Assembly: GCA_011109175.1 (NCBI GenBank) | Contig: RDEW01000059.1 | Span: forward strand, 124,001-188,000 | Length of the DNA stretch: 64,000 nt | Direction: 5' to 3' | Source of the DNA: Dicyema japonicum | Taxonomy: Eukaryota > Animalia > Dicyemida | Part shown: positions 51,017 through 63,420 of the stretch, in pieces | Layout: each line of letters opens with the position of its first letter | Numbering within the stretch: the first letter of the stretch is position 1 | Notes under the pieces: model-generated | What the model was told of the DNA's origin: nothing | The model's input: only the letters and a program-made list of their open reading frames with translations | Databases searched by the model: none | Position numbers and translations under genes: made by a program

Positions 51017-53945
51017 TGGAGCGTCGTTCCTATAATGGAGCAACACACATTACACCCAAGAGACTGGACACTATATGCGGTTATGCTAATGCACGTAAAT
51101 ATGGACTTTTCTGCTCGTCTGCGGTGACTTTTTCCACTTTGGATGCATAAAGATGTCTCAGCGGGCAGCGTGCTCGTTCTGCCTGTGGAACTGCAGTGTC
51201 TGCATGGGAACTGGTCGGAAAACCCAGAGGATCATTCCAAATAGCACGTCGAACCAACTGACCCTCTAGACTTCAATGATGTGGACAACCTCTTGCTCTT
51301 CTTGTCGGATCTAAAAAGCCAGGAAGATCCCAATCAGGATCCAAAGACCAGTCCGGATCCCCGCGGCTACATGCCTGGCTCTGCAATTGACGATGCTCTC
51401 ACGTCTGACGACCTGGAGGCATGGCTAAAATTCCTCAGTTTTGCTCCGATGGCCCTTGGAATTCCATTTATCGACTCAAAGAGATCAACGGAATACAGAT
51501 GAAAGCACGACACTTGAGAACTCCCTTTCCTCAAAAATGAAGAACATCTAGGTTTTCTATGTGCATTTTCTCACCAAGACGGAAGTCAATAAATCGAGAC
51601 ATTCTGAATCCAATCCTCCGGTTTATTTGAATGGCCCGGAGAAACTTGAAAAGAGAGTGAACCGCAAACTAATCGAAGGCGACGTCCGAGCGGCGTTGCG
51701 CGTCGTCGCCAGCGACGAAACTGTTATGGCTGCGACGCCTGAGGTGCTGGATTTACTCAGACAAAAACATCCATGTGTCCGGCAGATTACCGCTCATTCG
51801 TGCCTCCGGGAAATTTGTCAAATGACCGTCAACGTAGGCGAAGTGCGACGCGGCATTTCGTCGTTTGCGGCGAGTAGCAGTGGAGGTATCGATGGCTTGC
51901 GGCCGGAATCACATCAAGGATCTTACGGCGGAGGCTACTGCAGAAGATGGCTGCAACATTGTCAAATCATTTTAGAAAACTGGTTATGCGTATTTTGAAC
52001 GAAGATATTTCCCCACGCAAGGGAGCTTTTTCAGTGCACATTACTGGCCTTAAAAAACCTGTAGGTGGGGTCCGCCCCATGCGGTCGGCAATTATTTCAG
52101 AAGACTGACAGCGAAAATCGCATGCAGCATTGTCTGTCCGAGAATATCTGAAGAATTTTCCCCCTTCTAACTAGGGAGTTGGTGTATGGAACGGATGCGA
52201 GGCGGCAGTGTACGCTGCGAGGTGTTTTTTGGACAGAAAGACGAACAAAACCCATACATTGGGGTCAAGCTGGACATCTGCAATGCCTTCAATACACTGA
52301 GGAGGGATCAAATTCTCGAAACTACAAGCAAACGAGCCCCGGAATTATTCTACTTGTTTTCCTCGCTTACGGAACCAATTCTTTACTGGTTTTCGGGGAC
52401 AAGATTATCGGTTCGGAGACCGGAGTTTAACAAGGGGACCCACTTGGTCCACTACTCTTCGCTCATGACATCGATGAAATTGTCCGCTCTATAAACACAC
52501 AACTTAACCTTTGGTATCTCGATGACGCCACAATTGGAGGGCCGTGGAGAAAAGTACACGACGTTCTGTCACATGTCGTGCCGGCAGTACGAAACCTCAG
52601 ACTTAAGAAATCGGAGCTAATAAATATCACATACTCGGAGAGTGATTTCATCAACGTGGTCGAGTCTTTTAACTCGGTACTACCTGGAATCACTGTCGTA
52701 CCCAGGGAGCGGACATACTTTCTTGGGTGCCCACTTGATGCAAAGGAACTGCGGAGCCATCTACAAACAAAAAAGGATGAACTCTCCAGAGTCACGGAGA
52801 GACTCTCCTTACTCGATGGTCATACAGCGTTCTTCCTTTTGAAGAATAGCATCCGCTTGCCCAAACTCCTATATGCTCTCCGATGTTCTCCTGCTTCAAA
52901 CATCGTGACATCCTCCTGTCACTGAATAGAACATTGAGAAATCAGCTGAATTGCTTCTAAACATCCACTTTGAAGCGCCGAGTTGGAACCAATGCAAGTT
53001 TCCTTCACGCCTCGGAGGAACGGGTCTCAGGTCGGCGCTGGAGATCGCCTATCCAGCATATGTGTCATCGCTCTCAAGTGGAAACCTTTTGGTCCAAGAA
53101 ATCCTACGTTTACAACCGGACTTCTTGGGAAAGAGTCTTCGACAAAGCTCGTCGCGAGTGGTGTGAAACTGGTTTGGATATGCCGAACGATCCTTCGAGG
53201 CAACGTGACTGGGATGATATTTACTCCAAGAATATCTTTGACGTGCTAAAGTCTGAGGCCAACCAGCATCGTCTTGCATGCCTCGCATCCGCGTCAACCA
53301 TAGGAGCGGAGCGTGGCTGGATGCACTCCCGTGTTCCTCCCTGGGGACCCTTTTGGAAATGATTGTATTCGGGTTGAGATCGCACAACACCTGAGAGTTG
53401 ATGTTTGCGTCGAACACCAATCTCGCTGTGGAGGGATCGTCAATGCCAAAAGGCTGCACCCGCTCTCGTGCAAAAGGAGTGCGGGCAGAGCACCCGCCAT
53501 GCAGCTATGAACAACATTGTCATGCGAGCTCTTGAAGCGGCAGGCTTCCCGGCAGTATTGGAGCCTGTGAGATTGGACGAGATGGGAAAAGACCGGATGG
53601 GTTAACTATCTTTCCGTTCACTGAGGGAGAGTACTGTTGTGGATTCTTTCTCGAACTCGATGATACTCAGCTCGGCGCAGTCTGCTCGGCAGCCAATCTG
53701 GCCGAGGAAATCAAGATTAAAAAATATGGCGAAATTGGAGACCGCTACCGTTTTGTACCGGTAGCAATCGAGACGTCTGGTGCGGCCGGAATATTACATC
53801 CTCTTTCCTAAAGGAAATCGAGGGGAAATTAGCCCACCGCAAGAAAGACGTGCGGAAGCGGTCTGGCTGAGGCAACAAATTGGTATCGCAGTTATCCGCG
53901 GAATCGCTTATTCCGTGATGTCGCAGCCGCTCTCCCCCATTAAAA
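51017..53945 (+). mobile_element. Near full-length CRE-like RLE retrotransposon (PHD-like finger, RT, CCHC, RLE), frameshifted
   Basis: GDVRAALR, SSGGIDGLRP, VRP, KLDICNAFN, QGDPLGPLLF, WYLDD, FLGCPL, RLGGTGLR, HPLSC..RH, RPDG, FVPVAIETSG, WLRQQIGIAVIRG. Confidence 0.92.
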
Positions 53946-54039
53946 AAATTTCCCACCGAATTGGTTTTTTTCAGTTCTTCTGATAGGTCTTTTCGAAATT
54001 CGTAGTAGATTTTTAAACCTTATGGACATGTACTAAAAA

Positions 54040-55581
54040 TATTATCTTCTAGAGAATTCATGATGTATATGATTTTTTGGATTCATATCCATCATAAGTG
54101 ATTCTGTCTTGAATAATATCTGTCGAATCCATTATCATAACATCTGCTATCACGTCATTTATTAATTCTTTGTCCAACTGTACATTTTCCGAAATTTTTG
54201 ATCTGTTTTCGTTAATTTTCTGCCAGCAATTAATTATCGTTGTCTCTGGCATCATTTTCCATGCCTCCCCGACAACTGTAATGACTTGTCTAAGATTGAT
54301 ATTATTCAGATTCAAATCAGAGACCTGTTCTTTCTCAAATATGGGGGTAAAATCAATCAGTTTATTGAAGTAGAGGGACTTGAAAAATTTTATTATTCCC
54401 ATATCTAAGGGTTGAATTAAAGCGGTCGTATTTTTTGGAAGAAAAAGTAAATGAACATTGGAATATTCTGTATTTCTGTGACAGCTCGCATTATCCAGTA
54501 CTAAAACAATTTTCTGTTTTCTTTGATCATTTCTTGATTTACTTTTCATAACCATTTCGTAATAATATCACTAGTCATCCACGAATTTTTTAAGGCAGCA
54601 TATAGTACTCCGTGATCCTCGGCGTTAAAATTTTTTAAACACCGAGGAGATTTGAATTTTCCGATTAATAGAGGTTTTAAATTTTCACCAAGTGCATTAC
54701 AACAAAGGAGAAGGGAACCTTTTCTTTTTAATTCCATTGCATTTGTCATTAAATTGAACAAAAGATTTCGACGGCGTTCGCTTTATGTATAAAGCTGTTT
54801 CGTCACAGTTGAAAATATTTTCACTTCCTAGTTTCCAAACAGTTGTCATAATTAGAAAAAATTGGATGCTGAAGAAAGATCAGACGAATTCTTTTTTCCA
54901 CTTATAGTTTTGAATAGCAACTCGTGCCTTTTCTTGAACCGGTCGAGCCATCCATTTGATGCCTTAAATGATTCATAATTTATTTTTGTATAAATTTTTT
55001 TTGCAATGAGTTTTAATATAGTTCCAGAGATTGGAAGAAATTCATCTCTCAAACGTAGAAAAGTTTCAAAAACTAATCTATCTAGTCTAGACGATTTATC
55101 TTTTGTAGAAGATTGATTATTTGGATCGCATGATTCCTTGTTTCGATCGCATTCAGTTAATCCCACGGGAAAATAATAAACCAAATTTTGTTTAATGCGA
55201 GAAATAGTACCTGTAATTAATAATTATTTAAAAAATACCTTTGCTCGTTTTATACTTTTTAGCAAGATCTCTTTCTGAAAATTGACCACGTTTTATATTT
55301 TAGCGATTTTAATTTTTGTTTCAAATTAATCTTTGAATTCCTTTTAGGAACCATACAAGAATCAAAATAAACACGTTAAATAATATTAATATTTAATAAT
55401 TAATAAATAAAATAACATTTTGTAATTAAATAAATTAAATATATGCCCCAAACCGGGGTCATCAAAAATAAATAATATAATGAAAATTGACTGTTCAAAA
55501 AAACTGCCCCTAAACGCGGGAGTGCCCCAAAAACCGAGGGTTGACCATCCCTGGGGTCTGCCCCAAACCGGGGTCGTACTG
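54040..55581 (-). mobile_element. pogo/Tigger DNA transposon (CENP-B-like transposase 55354-54058, frameshifted, one 28-nt intron); one TIR seen
   Basis: HTH RDLAKKY..GTISRI, FKASNGWLDRFKKRH, NCDET, LDNASCH, LPKNTTALIQPLDMGII; terminal TA|CAGTACGACCCCGGTTTGGGG with internal GCCCCAAACCGGGG repeats. Confidence 0.92.
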
Positions 55582-55583
55582 TA

Positions 55584-58577
55584 TATTTATTTATTTAATA
55601 TCCCCGGGAACACCGAGAAAGAAAGACAAAAGAGTCAAACAGTTAGGTGATCCCAGTCCTCGAATCAATTGTGCCATTCGACGTCTGTGATCTCCATCGT
55701 CTCCAATACTTTCCGGAAGAGCCTTCTCTCGGTCTTGCAGAGGAATCCGATCGGGGAGGGGAATTTCTTATCCAATCGGTTTTCTCTTGCCTTGAGAAGG
55801 ATCAGGCGAAGCGGATTTCCATCCTCCTCACAGATGCGAAGAAATCAGGAGCCACGACTACAAATCTTAGCTTCCATGAGTAGTGGGTCGACTGTTGATC
55901 CATTAAGTAGGGCAAAGCATACTGATTGTTTTCCGGTATATCGAGTTGATTTTTTGGACCATAGACTCCGATAGCGAGAATCTCCATGCAACGGAGGCAT
56001 ACTCAACGGCAGGCGCGATTGTTTGTTGGTAGAGGTAGAAACGGAAAAGTCCATGTTCCTCGTGGTCCTCCGAACAAGGGCGCGTATAACGTTAACTTTC
56101 TGGAGGCCCCTGGTGATCATGTCTGTTGCGTGGGAGTTGAATTTGAGAAGGCTGTCGTACTTGACTCCAAGGACATGGGGGACTTTGTCACTGGAATCCT
56201 AGTGGGACCAATGAAAAGACTCGGTTCATCCTTGGAACGACGGTCCGACGTGAATGTGGAACAGATAGACTTGGTTGCAGAAATCGTTAGTCGATTGCCA
56301 CAATCCAATCGTGGAGAATGTTCAATTTTGTCTGAGTTTTAAGGGATGCGACTTGCGTCGAGCGGTTCCGTATTGCAATGACTACGTCGTCTGCGTAGGA
56401 TAATAACAGGGAATCTTCGTCTCCATCATTAGGTAGGTCGTGTAGGAAAGGTTGAATAGAATTGGTGAAAGTGGAGACCCCTGGGGTACCCCGTTCGGTA
56501 GTAATCGTGATCTAGATCTGAGATCACCACTGACTACTCTTCCACGTCTTCCAGACAAAAAGTTGGCCAGCCATAATTTCACATTCGGACGAATATTAGT
56601 AGAAAAATATTTTTCCAACCAAGATTTTCCTCGAAACAGTGTCAAAGGCTTTGTTGATGTCAATAGAAACCAAGATTGTGCGTTTGTGAGGCGGAGGATG
56701 GGTGTTAAAACCGTCGGCAATGAACTGCGATAAAGTTGCCAAGTATGTAGCGGTGGACCTACCGCGGAGGAAACCATGTTGAAATATAGGACGCGGAAGA
56801 TACGGAATAATGACTGATAATACAAGTTTCTCCATAATTTTTGACAGTGTGCTGGTAACGGAAATAGGCCTGTAGGATGCAGGTTCTGTTTCTGGTTTCC
56901 CAGCCTTCAATATCGGTCTGATGATAGAATTCTTCCAAATCTTGGGAATAATATTATAGTTAATGGACAGGTTGTATATATGCGTGAGGTAGCCAATTGC
57001 GTAGTGGCTTAGGTGTTTAGGTGAATAGAAGATACTTTGTCAGGCCCGCACGCCCGTGAGCTCTTTAATCTGGTGATCACATCCAAGACTTGGTCATCTG
57101 TGAATAGTTCGTGGTAAGGTTCCTTCTTCGGTTTATGGGCACGCACCTTAATGTCCAGGTGTTTCGAAAATGTTATGAAGCCAATTCCAGCGTAATGTTT
57201 CATAAGGTGTTAGGATGTAGGTTGCATAAGTGTTCAGGAGAAGACTTTCCGGTTCCGTCTGCATCATCCAGCTCCGACTTGACTTGTTTAAGAGTTTTCC
57301 AGAAATGTCGGGATGTACTTTTCCTGTCGAGGTGGTTAACTAGATGCTGTCATCTCTTGTCCTTGTGTTCTTTTATGCTCTGACAGATCCTTTTATTCAG
57401 TTGTCTGAGGGCTGTCAAAGATTTCACGTCCAACAGATGGCATCTCTTCAGCCGGTCTCTTTGTTTTATAAGACTTATTGTATAAGAGTTGAGGGTAGGA
57501 ATAAACTTCTTGTATGACGATATAGGAATAAAAATATGGTCAGCTTTCTGAATGGCAGCGCTGATTTCTGCGGCCTCATCAATGGAGCGTATTGGGGAGG
57601 ATAATCTCCGGCCAAGAATTTATCCACAAGGTTACTGAAACCAGAGCAGTCAACCTTCGTATAATCCTTGAATCTTTTTGATTCCGCCGGCCGTCTCCTG
57701 TATCGTCAAAGACCTCTCAGTTTTAGAAGGATTGGATTGTGGTCACTGGAGAAGCCGTAAAAGACGTTCCATAAAATGAGTCCAGCCAGAGAAGGTGAGC
57801 ATAGTGTTAAGTCGGGGGATGTGCAGCTATCAGTCATCCTTAATGGGGTCCTCGTATGTGAGTTAGGGTTGTTCAGTATAATCAGGTCAGGAAGATAATT
57901 TGCAATGAGTTCTCTCATCAGAGAATTGGGAAGTGAGCAAAACTGGATGTCGTGCATTAAGATCCCCACATAACAGTAGATTTTTCAATGTTGAAATGCG
58001 TGATAAATCAGGGGTGTAAGATGACGGACACGATCCTTGTGGAGGAATATATAAATTAGCCAAATGGATCCAAAACCACGGGAATAACTCGATTTGACAG
58101 TAATCTGCTCCAAAGTCTTGTCAGAGCCAAGAAGCTCTGAGGTTCGTTGAGTTGTATCCATAAAAGGAATATCGTTCTTTATAATAGTAAGTAGTCCTCC
58201 TCCGCGTCCTCCCTGACGATCTTTACGGATCACTGTGTATCCGGGAAAAGAGGGTGTTGGTATGGAAGGAGATAGCTTGACTCCTGTATTAAAGCGAGGT
58301 CAGCCTCATTTTCGCGGAGGAGTGCCCGGAGTTCAAAATATTTTCTTCCTGATCCCATTCGTATTCAGTTGTATAATTGTAAAACCTCTCCATGGACCAG
58401 GATTGGTTTCGACGTCCCCACATAGAAGAATCAAAAGTCTGGATAAATGGGACACCAGCCAGGGTCGAAGACACAGAAGATGAGAGGACCACCGGACGGT
58501 GGGGAGAAGCTGTTGGCTCTTTTCGCTCCATTTTGGAATGGGTGACACCATTTCTGGTGAGCCACATGACACCACGC
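55584..58577 (-). mobile_element. Full-length (~3 kb) Ingi/Vingi-like single-ORF LINE: HDV-like motif, 2A, APE, RT, 3' UTR and tail; frameshifted
   Basis: LLILLCGDVETNPGP, IIQLNTNGI, RKDR.GGRGGG, SPDLTL, SDH, GPD, YRPISV, IDINKAFD, GVPQGSPLSP; 3' UTR shared with 41252 and 47222; (TAAA)n tail. Confidence 0.92.
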
Positions 58578-58680
58578 TAACATTATAAAAATAAAACGTG
58601 AATAGAGTGTCTGTATATGTTTTCTGGTTTAATAATAATATAATAATAATTATTATTATTATTAATATAATTAAAAATAG

Positions 58681-58984
58681 ATGGATCATGTGGGTTTGAC
58701 AACACGACTTAAGACTATTCTTAACAATAGTGGTCAACTTGAAAAGTATTGATAAAAATTTGTACTTTAGACTGAAAGATATGACTAGAAAAGATCTAAA
58801 GTCATCAGGGTGGGAAGATTCCATTCGAAATCGATGTCAAGAATTGATTCAAAAGAATGAAAACGTAAATATAAACAATATTTGTAATGTATTATCCCCC
58901 CAAGCACACAGTTATTCACTATTATAATATTTAGACGATATTCCTCAACAGGTGGTTGATAATTTGATTAATAATATAAAATGA
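58681..58984 (+). CDS. ENY2: ENY2/Sus1 transcription and mRNA export factor, 3 exons
   Basis: Spliced product MDHVGLTTRLKTILNNSGQLEKLKDMTRKDLKSSGWEDSIRNRCQELI..LSPQAHNDIPQQVVDNLINNIK; introns at 58746-58770 and 58911-58934. Confidence 0.88.
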
Positions 58985-59219
58985 TATTAAAAAACCAAGG
59001 ATATTCTGATTTATTACAATAATATTACAAAATAGTGATTTTTAAATTATTTATTAACCCGTAATCACAGGAAGACAATAGTTATTGTCTAAATGTAATC
59101 CCACCATGATTAATGTCGGTCTTGGAATCTTGGATTAATCTCATAAAGGGCAAGGGCTTCCTCATATCTTGGATAGGCTTATAAAAATAATAACTTAATA
59201 TTTAATACAAATACTTAAA

Positions 59220-59530
59220 GCGTGCAAAGTGCTGTCGATTCTGTGACGTTAAAAGTCTCGAGTGAGGATGTCAGACTGCTTGTTATAGGTCGATAATCTG
59301 CAGCAGAGTGGGGGTTGTCAACTTTGGGATTAAGTAAGTTGTCCCCGTGTACATCCAATCAGGAATCGTTTCCAGGTTAGTAACTTTGTTGGTTGAGTTG
59401 ATTGACACCTATCTCATTGTAATGTCTTTATCGTATTCTCGATCACTCCACTATACGCTTTTTCCATTACATCTTTCAATGTCAGAGGAATTGCCTCAAA
59501 CAGAACATTCTATGTATGATCTAGAAAGAT
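59220..59530 (-). mobile_element. R4/Dong-like RT remnant
   Basis: IPDWMYTGTTYLIPK..DYRPIT. Confidence 0.7.
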
Positions 59531-59539
59531 ACAAAACCG

Positions 59540-60640
59540 TGTGGCATGTCGGCAAGAGACGAATGTGACAGTGAAACGAGACGTATGCTATGACAATTAC
59601 CAGTTAATATTACTACCATTCGACTCCCGTCATTATGGGATGGGCTTTATTATACACATCTCACTTGTGGATCGGTTACTCAAAGTATGGAGGTAACATA
59701 CCGGATTGCTATTATCCAACTTAATATCGGATCACGTAATAAGAATCGATTATGACTCATAAATGTGTATCGATTATGACCCCCACACAGGAAGATTATC
59801 AACTTCATGGATGAGCTTGATGATTTTTATGAGTTTATCGGAAGAATAATCTCAACTCTGCTCGTCCACGCTAATGTTTGTTGTTGGGAGACTGGAATTC
59901 AAAGGCAAAAATTAAACACAGAGGTGAACGTTGCATTGGTAATCACGGAAGGGGATATCGAAATTCATCTGGAAATTTTATGATCGACTTTTGTAATACC
60001 TACGATTTGTTTCTGTGCAACAAGGCCTTTCAGCACGCCGCCCGACACAAGACCACCTGGGTAGGTTGTAGAACAAACAAAAATTGAGAGGAACAAAAAA
60101 TATTCGATCAAATAAATTATATTTTGTGCAAGCAGTCGCACAAGAGATTATTGGTAGACTTTCGTTTGTATGAAGGAACATTGACAAATAGCGATCACAA
60201 GATCGTAGTCTGTCGGTTGAATCTTAGCAGGCTTTATGAAATGTTATATGCGAATCATGCACGTCCCAGAGAAACACAGATGATAGCGGGAGAAAAATTA
60301 GTGAATAATTCTGCATTCCTCACGAGATACCAGGAGCGAATGGACCAGCATCTATCCAATATTTCTATGGATGGCCTACCCCACATTGTGTGGAAAAAAT
60401 CTCTGAAGCCATAATGACGGCTGCCGAAGAAACAGTTGGGACTCGCGAAAATACTATGAAAGGAAGATATAAAGGAGCACATAACTCGACAGTCAATCCG
60501 TCAACGAGATATAAGACTTCAAAAAGCTCTTATTAAACAAAAAACTGAGAGACTGTCTAAGCAAGGACGAAGACAAACTGCTAGTACCAATTAGCAGGAT
60601 TGTAGAGAATCGGATCAACGGTTCAGGAGAGATCAAAGAT
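59540..60640 (+). mobile_element. RTE APE-domain remnant
   Basis: RHYGMGF, LGDWNSK, FQHAARHKTTW, SDHKIV. Confidence 0.85.
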
Positions 60641-61372
60641 TTTGGACACATTCATAAAACTGGGGACTTTACGTATAATTCAGTCGAGACAAAATAGAAT
60701 GGAGACAACCCATGTCACCAGTATTGACAAAAAATCAAACACCAGTGATTTCGCACCTAATGACCTAAGCAAAAGTGAATCACATCAAATGAACAAACGC
60801 TCCCGTCCATGCAAATTGAAAATGTTCAAACTCCTCAAGGAAAACCGATTGTAATCAGCAGGACTGATGTTGAAAACCTCATCAAAACGCCATAAAGACC
60901 AAACATCGTGCTCAGAACAAATACTAGATGTCTCAGATTAACCCATATTGATCATCCTCACTGTGAATCAAAATCCTTCCAAGTGACCTTCCGAATGCTA
61001 TCAACCATTTCTTCCCCCAATGACGGATTCGTTTGAACCAGATACACGATTTTGTATCTAGTAGAAGCATCCGAAGACTTGATGATAATAAATACTACAC
61101 CGGCCCCCTCCTCCAGAATCCTCTCTTCCGATGGACATCAGGGTAAACCTGGCTCGTCTACGATGTGGGCACCACTCCTGTCTAATGACATACGATGTCC
61201 TCTGTCTCTTTTGCAACCTCTACGTGTTGACAACACATCACCAATTTGAATGTCAGGAATTAGCATAACGTTCGTCTACAATGCCAGGACTGACCAATCT
61301 ATGAGAGCGACCGGCATCTGCTTCGGCCTCCAAAAAGTTAGTGAGGACGGGATTACTTAACTAACAAACTGC
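60640..61372 (+). mobile_element. Ingi/Vingi-like 3' remnant (zinc-knuckle subfamily)
   Basis: RVNLARLRCGHH, RCPL, HQFEC; ends agttagtgagg..ggattacttaactaac like 7729-7760. Confidence 0.75.
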
Positions 61373-61399
61373 AGACATTGAGGACTAAATGGAAGTTGC

Positions 61400-61580
61400 C
61401 TATCATAATTGCGAGCCCAATGTTCTGGAAAAGCGATCCTGGCATTCCAGGTTCACCCTTCCGCTTCTTCGCCGATTTACCTGATAAACTCAAGTGCTCG
61501 GGCCAATAACGTCAGACGTCTCAACGCAGATCGGCTAGAAACGAACCGATCCACGATACCGTGGTACTTTTTTCTTACCC
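61400..61580 (-). mobile_element. CRE-like RLE 3' remnant
   Basis: Nucleotide similarity to 26100-26270 and 46640-46790. Confidence 0.7.
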
Positions 61581-61713
61581 CCCACGTGGGTAAAGGAAAA
61601 TATTAAATTCTCCCTCATATGACGTAGGAATATCACTAAAATTGAAAATCAATTCATTAGAATTAAAAGACGTATTACGTGTATAAAGCAAATTTTACCG
61701 TTATACGTGTGAA

Positions 61714-62557
61714 ATGGATGATAGAGAGGTCTTCAGTTCAAAAAGGAGGAAAGTAATCTTGGTTGATAGTCGAAGGTTAATGGAGTTATGAAAAAGGAAT
61801 CTTTTATCTGCGTGTTCTGCAAACACAAGTGTTTCAGTTCCAGCAGTTTCTACCGCCACATGAAGAACCACACAGGTATGACTCGATCTCTTGGTGGATC
61901 ACTTCATTTGGGCTTTGAATGCAATTTACTAAGAAATAATGAAATATTAACTAACTTTAGGAAAACATTACTTTTGTGGAGAATGTGGGCATCGGACCAA
62001 TCAGGAAGGTTCGTTGAAGACTCACATAAAGTCTCACCATCCTGGAATTAACTGCTTCAACTTAGACAGTAATAGGAGATTTAGGATGCAGAAAATTTAT
62101 GCAAATAAAAAAATGAAATTGTTTGGTTTTGTAGATAATTTTAGATCATGGTTCCCGTTATAAACGAACAGGTCATCACAACCTACGAATCTCTTAGAGC
62201 GAATCTCTATATTTTTGAAAAAAATCAAATCCCAATATTAAAGCTCCTGAAGGTAACCAAACGGTCCAGTTTAATCTGGATGAACACTCTCCTTCGGGAA
62301 ATCATAGTTTGGAGCACTCAAAGCAGACCTTGATCCCCAAAAACATCGGACCCCAACCTAATCTCTTCATTGCTCATCGTCTATATCAGCAAGAGTCATT
62401 TTCCCTACAAAAAAATCAATATTTTGGTAGAGAGGAGGTTCTGAAGTTGAAGGAAAATGGGAGAGCCATAACTGGGATTTTATCTTCTAAGATTGACACG
62501 CTCGTGGATTCCAGATTGAAGAAAATCTCTCAGTTTTATATTGTCGGAGTTGAATGA
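61714..62557 (+). CDS. C2H2 zinc-finger protein (2 fingers), 4 exons, two homopolymer frameshifts
   Basis: FICVFC..FYRHMKNH-TG-KHYFCGEC..SLKTHIKSHH; introns at 61753-61775, 61876-61960, 62121-62144. Confidence 0.8.
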
Positions 62558-63234
62558 CCTTTTTAGTTAGTAGATTTATGGATTTTATGGTTGCTTACTA
62601 ATTCTAATTTATTCTAATTTCAATGCCAATTTTAAAAGTATAACTGAATTATCACGTTCAATATGCTAATGAACGAATCACCTGATGGCCTTTTTTATTA
62701 TTAGTGTGGTGATTTTTGGCTTATTAATAATATTATGAGGGCGGAATCATTTGCCTTCTTCAGACAACGAATGGAATTATTGTCCCAGATATTTGAATGA
62801 GGACCTATGTTCTCTTGAATTCCTAGATGTGGAATAAGGGAGTCCTTAAACGACAAAAAATGCTTCTGAGCAAGGTTCGTCGACAGATTGATCCTTTTGG
62901 ACAAGCATTTTGGACTTTTTATGCTAAAAGCTGTCTCCTGCTTCCAACATGCTTTTCACCTTCGAAGTTATCCTTGTTATGATGAATAGAATTTCCTATC
63001 TCTGCTTGATAATGAAATTATACATCCCTCGAAACGAATTTAAACATACATGACTATGGATGGCTTCACGCAAAGTTTGTTTTGGAAGATTGGGAATCAC
63101 CGTACCTTCGGATGATGCATTAAGTGAATATTTGTCTTCTTATAGCTCCTCGAAGAATTTGATGGATATGGTCCTCAACTCTTATTCTGGACTGAATGAA
63201 TCTATGACACCGTCAGGAGCTGTAGATTGTGGAA

Positions 63235-63420
63235 GGTTTCAGCTGATCCTTAGTGACCCTTTGATCATTGAGCCGATCAGACGGATTAGATTGTCTCTTT
63301 GTGGGCCAAAGATTCTTGACGTCTCAAAAGCAAATGGGACAAACAAGTGAACTCCATAATGCTTTGGTACTTCTTTTCTGATCCTCGGCTCGCTCTTGAA
63401 ACATACCTGGATCAGAGACA
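63235..63420 (-). mobile_element. CRE-like RLE remnant
   Basis: AED..KHY..FVPFAFETSRIFGP..IGS. Confidence 0.7.
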
